DNA from: an uncultured bacterium
Lineage (GTDB): Bacteria; Chloroflexota; UBA5177; JANWHV01
DNA: 64,000 nucleotides
Assembly: GCA_963827235.1 (NCBI GenBank)
Contig: CAWHAE010000009.1
Location: 672,001 to 736,000 of the forward strand
Direction of reading: 5' to 3'
The translations under genes were made by a program, and so were the position numbers. Position 1 is the stretch's first letter, and the number at the start of each line of letters is the position of its first letter. The notes beneath the pieces were generated by a model that saw nothing but the letters and a program-made list of their open reading frames with translations, had not been told where the DNA came from and ran no database searches. Positions 12,036-20,696 of the stretch are shown here, in pieces.

Positions 12036-12103
12036 GGCACCCCACGCCGGAAGCAGGGCTCGGCGCTACACTGGCTCACGAAGCACGAGCCGGAACACCA
12101 GGA
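12036..12103 (+). repeat. 68-bp dispersed repeat, copy 1 (TACACT box plus hairpin)
   Basis: 58/68 identical to 14538-14605 by manual alignment. Confidence 0.85.
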
Positions 12104-12414
12104 GGTGCCGCTCTTCGGTGATGGCAGGGCCGGCGGTAGGGAAGGTGCCATGCGGTCGTGTGACCGGGTACACCCGTCCTTCGCGCACGTTGCTCATGGC
12201 TGCACCGGCACTATGCTGGGCGAATTGACATGTCACCTCCCGGCTCTTGCTGCGTTTAGTGAGTGTGATGATGCGATACGCCGCGCCGGGCCAGAGGGAT
12301 ACGCTGAAGGTGCATGACTCGCTCCGGTTGCCGGTCTCCGACCTGTACGGTGCACTCCCTCGAGTGAGTTGCATACCCGGCCCGACATCCGGCCATGCCT
12401 TCGCCGAACCGAGC

Positions 12415-13029
12415 ATGCACCCGGCGGCGCCCTTCGATGCAGGTGACTGCACCGGCCGGTCAAGCAGCGCCGCGGGAGAGGATGGACCTGACCCAGGCGT
12501 AGCTGCCGGACAAACCCGTGTAACGCCGGCGCCGGCTCAGAGCGTTGACGCGCTCTACCGTGCTACCTACCAGAGGGTGTATGCCTACTTGCGGACGCGC
12601 ACGACGAATGAGGAAGACACTGCGGACTTGACACAGCAGGTGTATCTGCAGGCGTTACGGGCCTGGCAGCGCCGCCCGGCCGACCCTGCAGCACATTTGC
12701 CCTGGTTGTTCCGTATCGCGCGAAATGCAGCCATCGACCTTCATCGAAGGCGGCGCGAGAGCGTGCCCTGGGACGCGCTCCCGGCGGCAATGCAGCCGTT
12801 CTCGGGCGATCAGCCCGAGAACGGGCTCCTGCGCCGAGAAGTGCTCGATCACCTGGCAGGGGTGGTGGAGGCACTGCCCATGGCCAAGCGGGATCTGCTC
12901 GCACTGCGCTTCGCTGCCGACCTCTCGTATACGCAGATCGCCGCGGTGATCGGCAAGCGCGAAAGCGCGGTGAAGAAGGAAATGAGCAGGCTACTCAGAG
13001 ACCTCAAGGAGCGGCACCATGCGGATTAG
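12415..13029 (+). CDS. ECF RNA polymerase sigma factor
   Basis: Region 2 (DTADLTQQVYLQA, WLFRIARNAAIDLHR) and region 4 (LSYTQIAAVIG). Start uncertain. Confidence 0.92.
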   Translation: MHPAAPFDAGDCTGRSSSAAGEDGPDPGVAAGQTRVTPAPAQSVDALYRATYQRVYAYLRTRTTNEEDTADLTQQVYLQALRAWQRRPADPAAHLPWLFRIARNAAIDLHRRRRESVPWDALPAAMQPFSGDQPENGLLRREVLDHLAGVVEALPMAKRDLLALRFAADLSYTQIAAVIGKRESAVKKEMSRLLRDLKERHHAD

Positions 13030-13080
13030 GCGCTCACTTTCCGCCGCCGCCTACCCGAGGACGACCCAGAGGCGACGGAG

Positions 13081-14535
13081 TTGGTGGCAGAACTCAGAGC
13101 CCTGTATCGTGTCTCGCCTCCACCCGATCACCGGCGGCAGTTGGCCGGCACGCTGGAGCAGGAGGCACGGGAGATACGGGGAGCGATCGTGCTGAGCTAC
13201 GATCGCCGGCGCGGTCGCGAGCGCGCCGGGACCAGCAGCGGACGACCGGCACCGTGGGGTATGGTAGCGAGCATCATCGCGGTGCTCGGGCTCGTGACTG
13301 GGGTGCTTGTCGTTGGCAAACCCGCGGACGGCCCGGCCCGGCCTGCGGTTGGCGCTCACGGGCCGGTCTCCGAAATACCGCCTGGAGCGAAGATCGCGCT
13401 TACCATCGACGGCTACCTACAGACGCATGTCGTCGAGCCGGAGCTTCTCCTGCTCATGCAGCGCTTCCACGCTCGAAGCGGAGCTATCGTGGTGGAGCGT
13501 CCCAGTGACGGGGCGATCCTCGCCCTGGCCTCGCAACCTAGCAGCGACACGCGAAGCTGGCAGCAGGTCGCGGCACAGCATGCCTTCGGCACCTTCCCTG
13601 CTGCCGCGAGCAACGAGGCCTCGGCTCCGGGTGAAACCATGATGGCGCTGCTCACGGCGATCGGCTTCGATACCGGCAGCTTCGACGAACAGACCGAGGT
13701 CGACGACTCCGGTCAACTGAAGACCGGCGGCATCACCGTGCGGGACTGGTGCTACCCAACATGCCCTTTCGACGGTCCGCAGAACGCCGGGCAGATGTTG
13801 CACTGGGCTTCCAGCGTGTCCGCCGCACGATTCGCCCAGAGAATCCCTGTTCAGCAGCTCTACCGCTACCTCGAAGGCTTTGGATTTGGTGAGACACAGG
13901 CAGGACCCGGACTGCCCAACGCAAAGCCCGGGGTGCTGATCGAGCCGTCCACGACAGTCGGGGGCAAACAGGTTCCTAACAGCCGGTGGAACCCGGCCTA
14001 TCGCACGGCCACGGCCCTCGGCGGCACGGGCCTCACGGCCACGCCGCTGCAACTGGCAAACGCCTACGCGGCGCTTGCCAACGGCGGCCGCTTGATGCAG
14101 CCTCATCTGGTGCAGTCCTACACACTCAACGGCAAGACCACGATGGTGCAGCCCCAGGTTCTTCATATCGTGTTTCGTCAGAGCGACACTGCCGAGCGCG
14201 TGACCAGCGTGCTGGTGCATGAGGCGGCGCATGGCGAGGCCTGCATGGCACTGGTGCCCGGCTTTGATGTGGCCGCCAAGACCGGCGCGGCTCTGAGCTA
14301 CAACTGGCCGCAGACCAGCGCCACCGCCGTAGCCTATGGCCCCGTGGGGGAGGCCGACCCGGCGCACAGGTTCGTGGTGCTGGTGCAGCTCCAGCTTCCA
14401 GACATTCCCTATGGTTCGGAGACCGCGGCGCCGGCCACACGCGAGATTCTGCGCCAGCTCTTCCAGCACTATGGATTGCAGCCGGATCCCAAGCACGTCC
14501 AGCCGGACCAAGCGTGCGCGGGTCCGAACGACTAG
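13081..14535 (+). CDS. Membrane-anchored protein with a degenerate class B PBP transpeptidase domain (putative anti-sigma/sensor)
   Basis: N-terminal cytoplasmic segment and one TM; LTIDxxLQ, GAILALAS, TPLQLANAYAALANGGRLMQP, AAKTG. The SxxK position reads PGETMM. True start may be ATG 13019 with a frameshift. Confidence 0.85.
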   Translation: MVAELRALYRVSPPPDHRRQLAGTLEQEAREIRGAIVLSYDRRRGRERAGTSSGRPAPWGMVASIIAVLGLVTGVLVVGKPADGPARPAVGAHGPVSEIPPGAKIALTIDGYLQTHVVEPELLLLMQRFHARSGAIVVERPSDGAILALASQPSSDTRSWQQVAAQHAFGTFPAAASNEASAPGETMMALLTAIGFDTGSFDEQTEVDDSGQLKTGGITVRDWCYPTCPFDGPQNAGQMLHWASSVSAARFAQRIPVQQLYRYLEGFGFGETQAGPGLPNAKPGVLIEPSTTVGGKQVPNSRWNPAYRTATALGGTGLTATPLQLANAYAALANGGRLMQPHLVQSYTLNGKTTMVQPQVLHIVFRQSDTAERVTSVLVHEAAHGEACMALVPGFDVAAKTGAALSYNWPQTSATAVAYGPVGEADPAHRFVVLVQLQLPDIPYGSETAAPATREILRQLFQHYGLQPDPKHVQPDQACAGPND

Positions 14536-14537
14536 CC

Positions 14538-14605
14538 GGCACACCACTCCGGAAGCAAGGCTCGGCGCTACACTGGCTCGTGAAGCGCGAGCCAGAATGC
14601 CGGGA
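14538..14605 (+). repeat. 68-bp dispersed repeat, copy 2
   Basis: Contains a 10-bp stem CTGGCTCGTG-AAG-CGCGAGCCAG; matches 12036-12103. Confidence 0.85.
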
Positions 14606-14633
14606 TAGGCTCGCTCCGCGAGAGGAGCGGCAT

Positions 14634-14845
14634 GTGCGCGCCATACGCGTGACCGTACGCGGCGTGGTGCAGGGCGTCGGCTTCCGCTACTTTGCCTTGC
14701 GGCGGGCCAACGCGCTGGGGCTGGTCGGGACGGTGCGTAACCTGCCGGACGGGTCTGCCGTCGAGGTCATTGCCCAGGGCGGCGAGCCGGAGATCGAGGC
14801 GCTTCTGGCGGAGATGGCGCAGGGACCACGCGGCAGCCAGGTCCA
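14634..14845 (+). pseudogene. acyP: Acylphosphatase, apparently C-terminally truncated and running in frame into the next gene
   Basis: VRGVVQGVGFRYF and GTVRNLPDG motifs; GAGGAG RBS; the usual terminal F-x-I strand and stop are missing. Confidence 0.7.
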
Positions 14846-14948
14846 ATCACCCGAGGCAAGTGTCGCGGGCGTCCTCCCTGTGTGCCGGAGCGAGAGCTAC
14901 AATACGGACTGTGGTCAAGAGATCAAAGCAGCCAGTGGGAGGCAGCGT

Positions 14949-15410
14949 ATGGCTCTGATTCGCGTTGAAACGTCACGGGAGATCGCGGCGCCACCCGACC
15001 GCATCTACGAGCGCTTGTCCGAGTACGGCCCCGGCCGGGCCGCATGGTTACCCGCCGCAAACTACAGCGAGATGGCAGTGGAGAAAGGTGGGTCGGGCCC
15101 CGGAACAGAGGTCCGCTATCGACTCAAGGTTGGGCCGAGGCAGCGGGTCTACAAGATGCAGATCTCGGCGCCGGAGCCGGGCGTATCGGTCGTCGAGGCG
15201 GACTCCACCTCGAGCATGGTGTTCACCTGGAGCGTGCGGCCTGCCGGTTCCCGGAGCCGCGTCATGGTGACCTGCCAATGGAGCGGCGGCAGCGGCATCC
15301 GGGGGTTTTTCGAGCGCCGGTTCGCTCCAGGGGGCGTGCGGAGCGTGCTGGACCGAGCCCTCGCGGGGCTGGATTCGGCGGTGACCGGCACAACGGGTCC
15401 TGCGAGCTGA
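14949..15410 (+). CDS. SRPBCC (polyketide cyclase/START-like) family protein
   Basis: SREIAAPPDRIY, GGSGPGT, WSGGSGIRGFFERRFAP; own TACAAT -10-like box near 14898. Confidence 0.85.
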   Translation: MALIRVETSREIAAPPDRIYERLSEYGPGRAAWLPAANYSEMAVEKGGSGPGTEVRYRLKVGPRQRVYKMQISAPEPGVSVVEADSTSSMVFTWSVRPAGSRSRVMVTCQWSGGSGIRGFFERRFAPGGVRSVLDRALAGLDSAVTGTTGPAS

Positions 15411-15419
15411 GCCGGGCGA

Positions 15420-16397
15420 TCAGAGCCCGGCGAAGACCTCGAACGCCGGCTTGGCTGTGTAGTCTGCATGACACAGCCCGAAGGACAGGCGTGCGGCAGG
15501 GTTGTCGTTGATCTGAAACCAGCAGAGCGCGGCCACGCGTCCTGCCTGCTCGCAGTGCCGATACAGCGTCTGCAGGTTTTCCGCTTGCGCCTCGGGCGCC
15601 AACGGCGGCGACTGCCATCCGGTCTCGGTCAGATACCACGGCAGGTTGGCAAGGCCGTCGCTTGCTGCCAGGGCCCGCTCGAGGTGACCGAAGGCCGTGG
15701 CCGCGTTGCCCGGATCGAGCCTGCCGCCCCGGTCGAGATATGGGTGCACGCCGATGCCGGCGATGGGCAGGGACGCGGTGTCAAGACGCTGGAGCAGCGC
15801 CGCGAGGTAGCTTGCTCCGCTGCTGTCGGCATTGAGCGTGCCGCCTATGTTGTGGCAGAACAGCCCGCCGAGCACGATCTGGCTGTCCGGGCGCCTGGAA
15901 CCCAGTGCATGACCGGCCGCGCCGAGCAGCGCCGCGTAGCTCGACGGATAGATGAAGGTTGATCCGGTATACAGGCTCGGCGATGGATGCTGAGTCCAGG
16001 CGTTCGGCTCGTTCCACAGCTCCCACAGCCGCACCGTTGGCAGGGCACCGGCAAGCTGCACTGCCGCCGCGACGTACTGCTCTCTGAACGGATCGTCGCG
16101 ATCCGTCGTACCGCCGTTCTCCAGGTTATTGGCATTCCACAGCGCCTGGCTGGCGCGCGGCACGATTTGGTGGGAAAGCAGGCCGATGACCTCGATGCCT
16201 ACCCGCTGGAGATCGTCGACAATGCTCGCATAGCGCGCGATCAGCGCCTGGTCCCATCCCGCCTCTGGGCCGATGCGGAGCTCGAGCCGCACGATCTGTG
16301 CTCTGCCGGTCTGGAGTATCTCGAGGTCGCGGGCGCCGAACAGGCGGGTCTGCGCATCATTGCTCAAGACCTGGCCAAGGGCAAATCCCTTTTTCAT
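15420..16397 (-). CDS. Clan GH-A glycoside hydrolase (GH5/GH39-like)
   Basis: WELWNEPN acid/base motif, GVHPY, WYLTETGW nucleophile motif. Confidence 0.8.
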   Translation of the reverse strand: MKKGFALGQVLSNDAQTRLFGARDLEILQTGRAQIVRLELRIGPEAGWDQALIARYASIVDDLQRVGIEVIGLLSHQIVPRASQALWNANNLENGGTTDRDDPFREQYVAAAVQLAGALPTVRLWELWNEPNAWTQHPSPSLYTGSTFIYPSSYAALLGAAGHALGSRRPDSQIVLGGLFCHNIGGTLNADSSGASYLAALLQRLDTASLPIAGIGVHPYLDRGGRLDPGNAATAFGHLERALAASDGLANLPWYLTETGWQSPPLAPEAQAENLQTLYRHCEQAGRVAALCWFQINDNPAARLSFGLCHADYTAKPAFEVFAGL

Positions 16398-16473
16398 ATG
16401 CACTCCGTCCGGGACGCGTGTGGCTGGAGGTTGCTGGTTCGGTCGGCGCTGCCACCCTGCCGCCTTCACCTTC

Positions 16474-16600
16474 GGCGATACGGTGGTGGTGTGGAAGCTT
16501 GATCGGCTGGGCCGCTCCCTGCGGCATCTAGTGCCGACGGTGCACTACCTGGATTGTACGGGGCGTAGGCTTTCAGAGCCTACGCGAGAACATCGACAGC
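16474..16600 (+). pseudogene. Serine recombinase (resolvase) internal fragment
   Basis: GDTVVVWKLDRLGRSLRHLV, then a frameshift, then GVGFQSLRENID. Confidence 0.75.
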
Positions 16601-16609
16601 CAAGACGAG

Positions 16610-16868
16610 TCCGACTCCGGCCGTGGACGCGCTCCTGGCATCTCCCTGTAGAACAAGAACGACCAGGGCCCCACTGGCTGTGGATCTCTGGCCCGATCGA
16701 GATCGAAAGCACCACTCGCGTCGGCCATATTGATGAGCGCGCTGCGCTTGTCCGCCAGCGTGTCGGCCACACCGCCGGGCAGGTCGGGGTGACCGGGGGA
16801 TCGATGCGCAGGACCTCCGCACCGAGCGTCGCCAGGTAGCGCGTACACACAGGACCGGCGATCACGCA
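16610..16868 (-). pseudogene. CaiB/BaiF CoA-transferase fragment
   Basis: VIAGPVCTRYLATLGAEVLRIDPP, frameshift, then DTLADKRSALI. Confidence 0.7.
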
Positions 16869-17046
16869 TCCCTCTTAGGCTTAAGTATCGCCAGGTGCGC
16901 AGGTATAAGCACGATCTCACCCGGCACTGCCTCGCATGCGCGTGCATCGTCGTACGGGTCGCAGTCGGCGGGATGCACACTTCGCACCCCTGGCCGCCGC
17001 GATGTCCAAGATGTGCGCCGACTACACGGCCTGTCCCCTTGCTAAG

Positions 17047-17080
17047 TGACCCAAGGTCAATATATACTGACCTGGGGCCA
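17047..17080 (+). promoter_or_regulatory. Paired TetR-type operator palindromes around a TATACT -10 box
   Basis: TGACCCAAGGTCA (17047-17059) and TGACCTGGGGCCA (17068-17080) directly upstream of tetR. Confidence 0.65.
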
Positions 17081-17112
17081 ATAGATGGCGTCCAATGCCT
17101 GGAGGTACGGAT

Positions 17113-17829
17113 TTGGAGGGCGCGGATCGTGCGGCAAAGGGCAGGCGGAAGCCTGCCTCGGCGCCCGTTGTTGAGCGGCGTGCCGGCTCGGGCGCCACGC
17201 ACAAGGAACGCCGCAGGCTTGCGCCTGATGCGCGACGGGCAGAGCTCGTCGATGCCGCCGTCCGGCTGCTGCGCGCCGGCGTCGACGAGGGCAATTGGGT
17301 CGCGGACGTCACCAGAGAGGCGGATGCTGCCAAAGGCACCTTCTATGTCTACTTCCCTTCCTGGGAGCACATGCTGGCCACCGTGCGCGACCACCTGATA
17401 GAGGAGTGCAGCGCACCAATCCGGACCGCACTCGCCGCCCCGGGTGCGCTTGACTACTGGGCCGTGCTCGCCACGCAGTGCGGCCGGTTCATCGACATCT
17501 CGCTTGCCTTCAAGCGGCACCACGCGCTCATCTTCCACTCACCCCTGCCGGAGCGGCCGGTCGAAGAAGCGCAGGCGGGTCCCGCGCTGCTCGCGGCGCT
17601 GATCGCCCGCGGCATCGCCGAAGACTGCTTCGGCCCCGTGGACGCCGAGGCCGGCGGCGTGCTGCTCTTTGCCGCTGTGCACGCGGCCGCCGACGCCGTA
17701 CTGGCCGGCGGGGATCGCGACCGCTGGATCACAGCGAGCATGGCGCTGGCTCGCGGGTACCTTTCGCCTGCACCCACGTCTGCACGCCGCTCGAGCCAAC
17801 CGGTCAACAAGAGGAGGACAGCGCGATGA
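17113..17829 (+). CDS. TetR/AcrR family transcriptional regulator
   Basis: RRAELVDAA...VADVTREADAAKGTFYVYFPS HTH; GGAGGT RBS before TTG 17113. Confidence 0.9.
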   Translation: MEGADRAAKGRRKPASAPVVERRAGSGATHKERRRLAPDARRAELVDAAVRLLRAGVDEGNWVADVTREADAAKGTFYVYFPSWEHMLATVRDHLIEECSAPIRTALAAPGALDYWAVLATQCGRFIDISLAFKRHHALIFHSPLPERPVEEAQAGPALLAALIARGIAEDCFGPVDAEAGGVLLFAAVHAAADAVLAGGDRDRWITASMALARGYLSPAPTSARRSSQPVNKRRTAR

Positions 17830-19355
17830 TCGGTGGTGCGCCGCAACCGGAGCTCAGCGACCGACGGCGGCTCTTCATCCTGGCGATCTGCTGTGTGAGC
17901 CTCTTCGTCGTGGGCATGGACAGCACGATCGTCAACATCGCCCTGCCGACCATCCAGCAGGATCTGCACGCCGGCGTCTCCGAGCTGCAATGGACGATCG
18001 ACGCCTACGCCCTGGTCCTGGGCAGCTTGCTGATTCTGGCCGGGTCGATGGCGGACCGCTTTGGGCGACGACTGGTCTTCCAGGCCGGCCTGGCCGTGTT
18101 CACCGCCGGATCGGTGCTGTGCAGCCTGGCCCCCAGCGTGGGCTGGCTGATCGCCTTCCGCATGATCCAGGGCATCGGCGGCTCCATGCTCAACCCGGTG
18201 GCCCTGTCCATCATCAGCAACGTGTTCACCGATCAGAAGGCGCGCGCCCGCGCCATCGGCGTCTGGGCCGGCGTGTTCGGGCTCAGCATGGCGCTCGGGC
18301 CGGTGATCGGCGGATTGCTCATCGGGGCATCGCTGGGCTGGCGATCCGTCTTCTGGATCAACCTGCCCGTCGGGCTGGCTGCGTTCGTCCTCGTCGCCCG
18401 CTTCGTGCCCGAATCCAGGGCGCCTCACCCGCGGCGCATCGATCCCGTGGGCCAGGTGCTGGTTATCGCGACGCTCGTCACGCTGACCTACGCGATCATC
18501 CAGGGACCGCAGGACGGGTGGACCTCGGCGCTGATCCTCGGCTGCTTCGCCTTCTCCGCCGCCGGTCTCATCGCGCTTGTCGTCTACGAGCCACGGCAGG
18601 TCGAGCCTCTGCTCGATGTGCGCTACTTCGCCGGCGTGCCGTTCTCTGGAGCCACGGCGATCGCGCTTGCCGCCTTCGCGGCAATCGGCGGTTTTGCGCT
18701 GGTCAATACCCTCTATTTGCAGGAGGTGCGCGGCTACTCCGCGTTGCATGCCGGCTTGCTGACCCTGCCGGTGGCAGTCGCAACCCTGATCGCCGGACCG
18801 CTCTCCGGCCGGCTGGTAGCCTGGCGCGGGCCGCGCCTGTCGCTGCTGGCGTCCGGCCTGGCGCTGGCACTGAGCGCCGTGCTGCTCACCGCATTGACCG
18901 CAAGCACGCCCATCGGCCTGCTCCTCGCCTCGTATGCGGTCTTTGGCCTGGGCTTCGGCTTGGTCAGCGCCCCCGTGAACACCACGGCTCTTGCCGGCAT
19001 GCCGCGCACGCAGGCAGGTGTGGCAGCGGCAATCGTCTCGACCGGCCGTCAGGTGGGCATGGCTCTCGGCGTCGCCGTCGCCGGCTCCGTGCTCGCCTCC
19101 AATCTGCACGGGCCGTTACGCACGGGCCTTGCCGCGGCGAGTCACCCGAGCTGGTGGGTCACTGCCGGCTACGGCGCGGCTGTCGTCGTGCTTGCGCTGG
19201 TCATCACGAGTCCGTGGGCGCGGCGCACCGCCGCGGCTACACCTATCTCTACACCGATCGCACGCAGGAAACCGGCTCGCTCGACTCTCCGCCCGGCACC
19301 ACGGCCGCGGAATAGACTGGGACGCCGCCGGCGACGGCAGCAGAAAGCGGGCTGA
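17826..19355 (+). CDS. MFS drug:H+ antiporter-2 (EmrB/QacA family)
   Basis: MDSTIVNIALPTI, GSMADRFGRR, WRSVFWINLPVG; ATGA overlap with tetR. Confidence 0.93.
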   Translation: MIGGAPQPELSDRRRLFILAICCVSLFVVGMDSTIVNIALPTIQQDLHAGVSELQWTIDAYALVLGSLLILAGSMADRFGRRLVFQAGLAVFTAGSVLCSLAPSVGWLIAFRMIQGIGGSMLNPVALSIISNVFTDQKARARAIGVWAGVFGLSMALGPVIGGLLIGASLGWRSVFWINLPVGLAAFVLVARFVPESRAPHPRRIDPVGQVLVIATLVTLTYAIIQGPQDGWTSALILGCFAFSAAGLIALVVYEPRQVEPLLDVRYFAGVPFSGATAIALAAFAAIGGFALVNTLYLQEVRGYSALHAGLLTLPVAVATLIAGPLSGRLVAWRGPRLSLLASGLALALSAVLLTALTASTPIGLLLASYAVFGLGFGLVSAPVNTTALAGMPRTQAGVAAAIVSTGRQVGMALGVAVAGSVLASNLHGPLRTGLAAASHPSWWVTAGYGAAVVVLALVITSPWARRTAAATPISTPIARRKPARSTLRPAPRPRNRLGRRRRRQQKAG

Positions 19356-19364
19356 AGAGCCGGA

Positions 19365-20417
19365 CTATGCCGCGCCAGCGTCCCACTCCGCCACGGCCGC
19401 CTCCAGAAGCGCGAACCGTCTCTCGGAACAGTCTATGGATGCCCGGCAGCCAACCGGCAGTGTGATCTGTGGCGCCGTGTGGCCGAAGTCCATGTCGGCG
19501 ACGATCGGGAACGCGTAGCGCCGCGTGCGCTCGAGCAGCACGGCATGCAGCGCCTGCTTCTGAGCCTCCGTGTAGCGGTACGGGCGACCGACGAGCAGTC
19601 CGTGGATCTGCCCAAACACGCCCATGTTCTCGTAGTCTTGCAGCACTGCATCGACCCGATCTGGAGGGGGTACGGCTTCAGACGTTTCGAGAAAGAGAAT
19701 CGCGCCCGCCAGATCCGGCCAGTAGGGCGTGCCGCGCAGGTGCTCCAGCGATTCAAGGCAGCCGCCGACCAGCCGGCCCTCCGCACGGCCGCCTTTGAGC
19801 CAGGTCCAGCCCCCTGAGCGGCGCATGGCACGTGGGCGCTGCAGGTCGGCCTGCACCGCCCAATCCAGGAACTCCTCGGTCCACGCCGGCGCCGGCTCGA
19901 TGCTGCCGACCGGAGCGGCGACGCCGATCGTGCGCAAGAACGAGTCGACGGTGTAGGCGAATGGCGCTGGGTATTCGCCGAAGTCGGTCATCAGCGCGGG
20001 GCCGTTGAACGTGAGCAGTCCGGTGCGGGCGTGGATGGCGACGTTCAGCACGGTGATATCGGAGAAGCCCATGAAGACTTTAGGATGGTTGCGGATGAGC
20101 TCCCAGTCGAGGACCGGCAATAGGTGGCAACAGTGGTCGCCGCCGATCGCCGCGATGATCATGCGCACGTTCGGATCGCCGAATGCAGCGTGCACGTCCG
20201 CCGCCCGCTCCTCGGGCGTGCCGGATACCCACCCGTGCTGCTCGAAGGCATGCGGCGCGATTGCGACGTGGTATCCCAAGTCGGTGAGCGCAGCCACGCC
20301 ACGCTCGACGCGGTGTGGAAACGTGCCGGGTCCGCACCACGAGGGCGCGATCACGGCTATCGTATCGCCGGGGCGCAATGCCGGCGGCTTCACGCTGTTT
20401 TCCACCCTGGTCTCCAT
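19365..20417 (-). CDS. S66 family peptidase (LD-carboxypeptidase/MccF-like)
   Basis: LRPGDTIAVIAPS, GFSDIT, GAILFLE, DFGHTAP (Ser-Glu-His triad). Confidence 0.92.
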   Translation of the reverse strand: METRVENSVKPPALRPGDTIAVIAPSWCGPGTFPHRVERGVAALTDLGYHVAIAPHAFEQHGWVSGTPEERAADVHAAFGDPNVRMIIAAIGGDHCCHLLPVLDWELIRNHPKVFMGFSDITVLNVAIHARTGLLTFNGPALMTDFGEYPAPFAYTVDSFLRTIGVAAPVGSIEPAPAWTEEFLDWAVQADLQRPRAMRRSGGWTWLKGGRAEGRLVGGCLESLEHLRGTPYWPDLAGAILFLETSEAVPPPDRVDAVLQDYENMGVFGQIHGLLVGRPYRYTEAQKQALHAVLLERTRRYAFPIVADMDFGHTAPQITLPVGCRASIDCSERRFALLEAAVAEWDAGAA

Positions 20418-20437
20418 GCGTCGCCCAGAAGTCTCAC

Positions 20438-20472
20438 CGTGTTTCTTGAGCCAGTGTAGCGGCGGGCTCAGC
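20438..20472 (-). repeat. Partial third copy of the TACACT-containing repeat, upstream of the S66 peptidase
   Basis: GCTGAGCCCGCCGCTACACTGGCTCAAGAAACACG is 29/35 identical to copy 1. Confidence 0.65.
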
Positions 20473-20696
20473 ATGCGAGAATCGCCGTACACCACGCCTA
20501 CTGTGCTGCGCTGCTTGGGCACCGGTCTCTGCAGCGAGCTGCGGAGCAGGACCGGGCGATCAGAATGTAAATCGCCCCTGCGTATGTCTCTCCGGGGAGC
20601 CGTCACCGCGACTGCGGGCCTTGCGTTCGGCACGCGAGGGCGCATACCATGCCTACGCCGCCGGGCGGCAGCCGGGCCCCGGGGGGAGTAAGAGCC

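Noticed and set aside
12110-12190. Fluoride or ZTP riboswitch upstream of the ECF sigma
   Set aside because: Only a few nucleotides resemble either consensus; required pairings not found.
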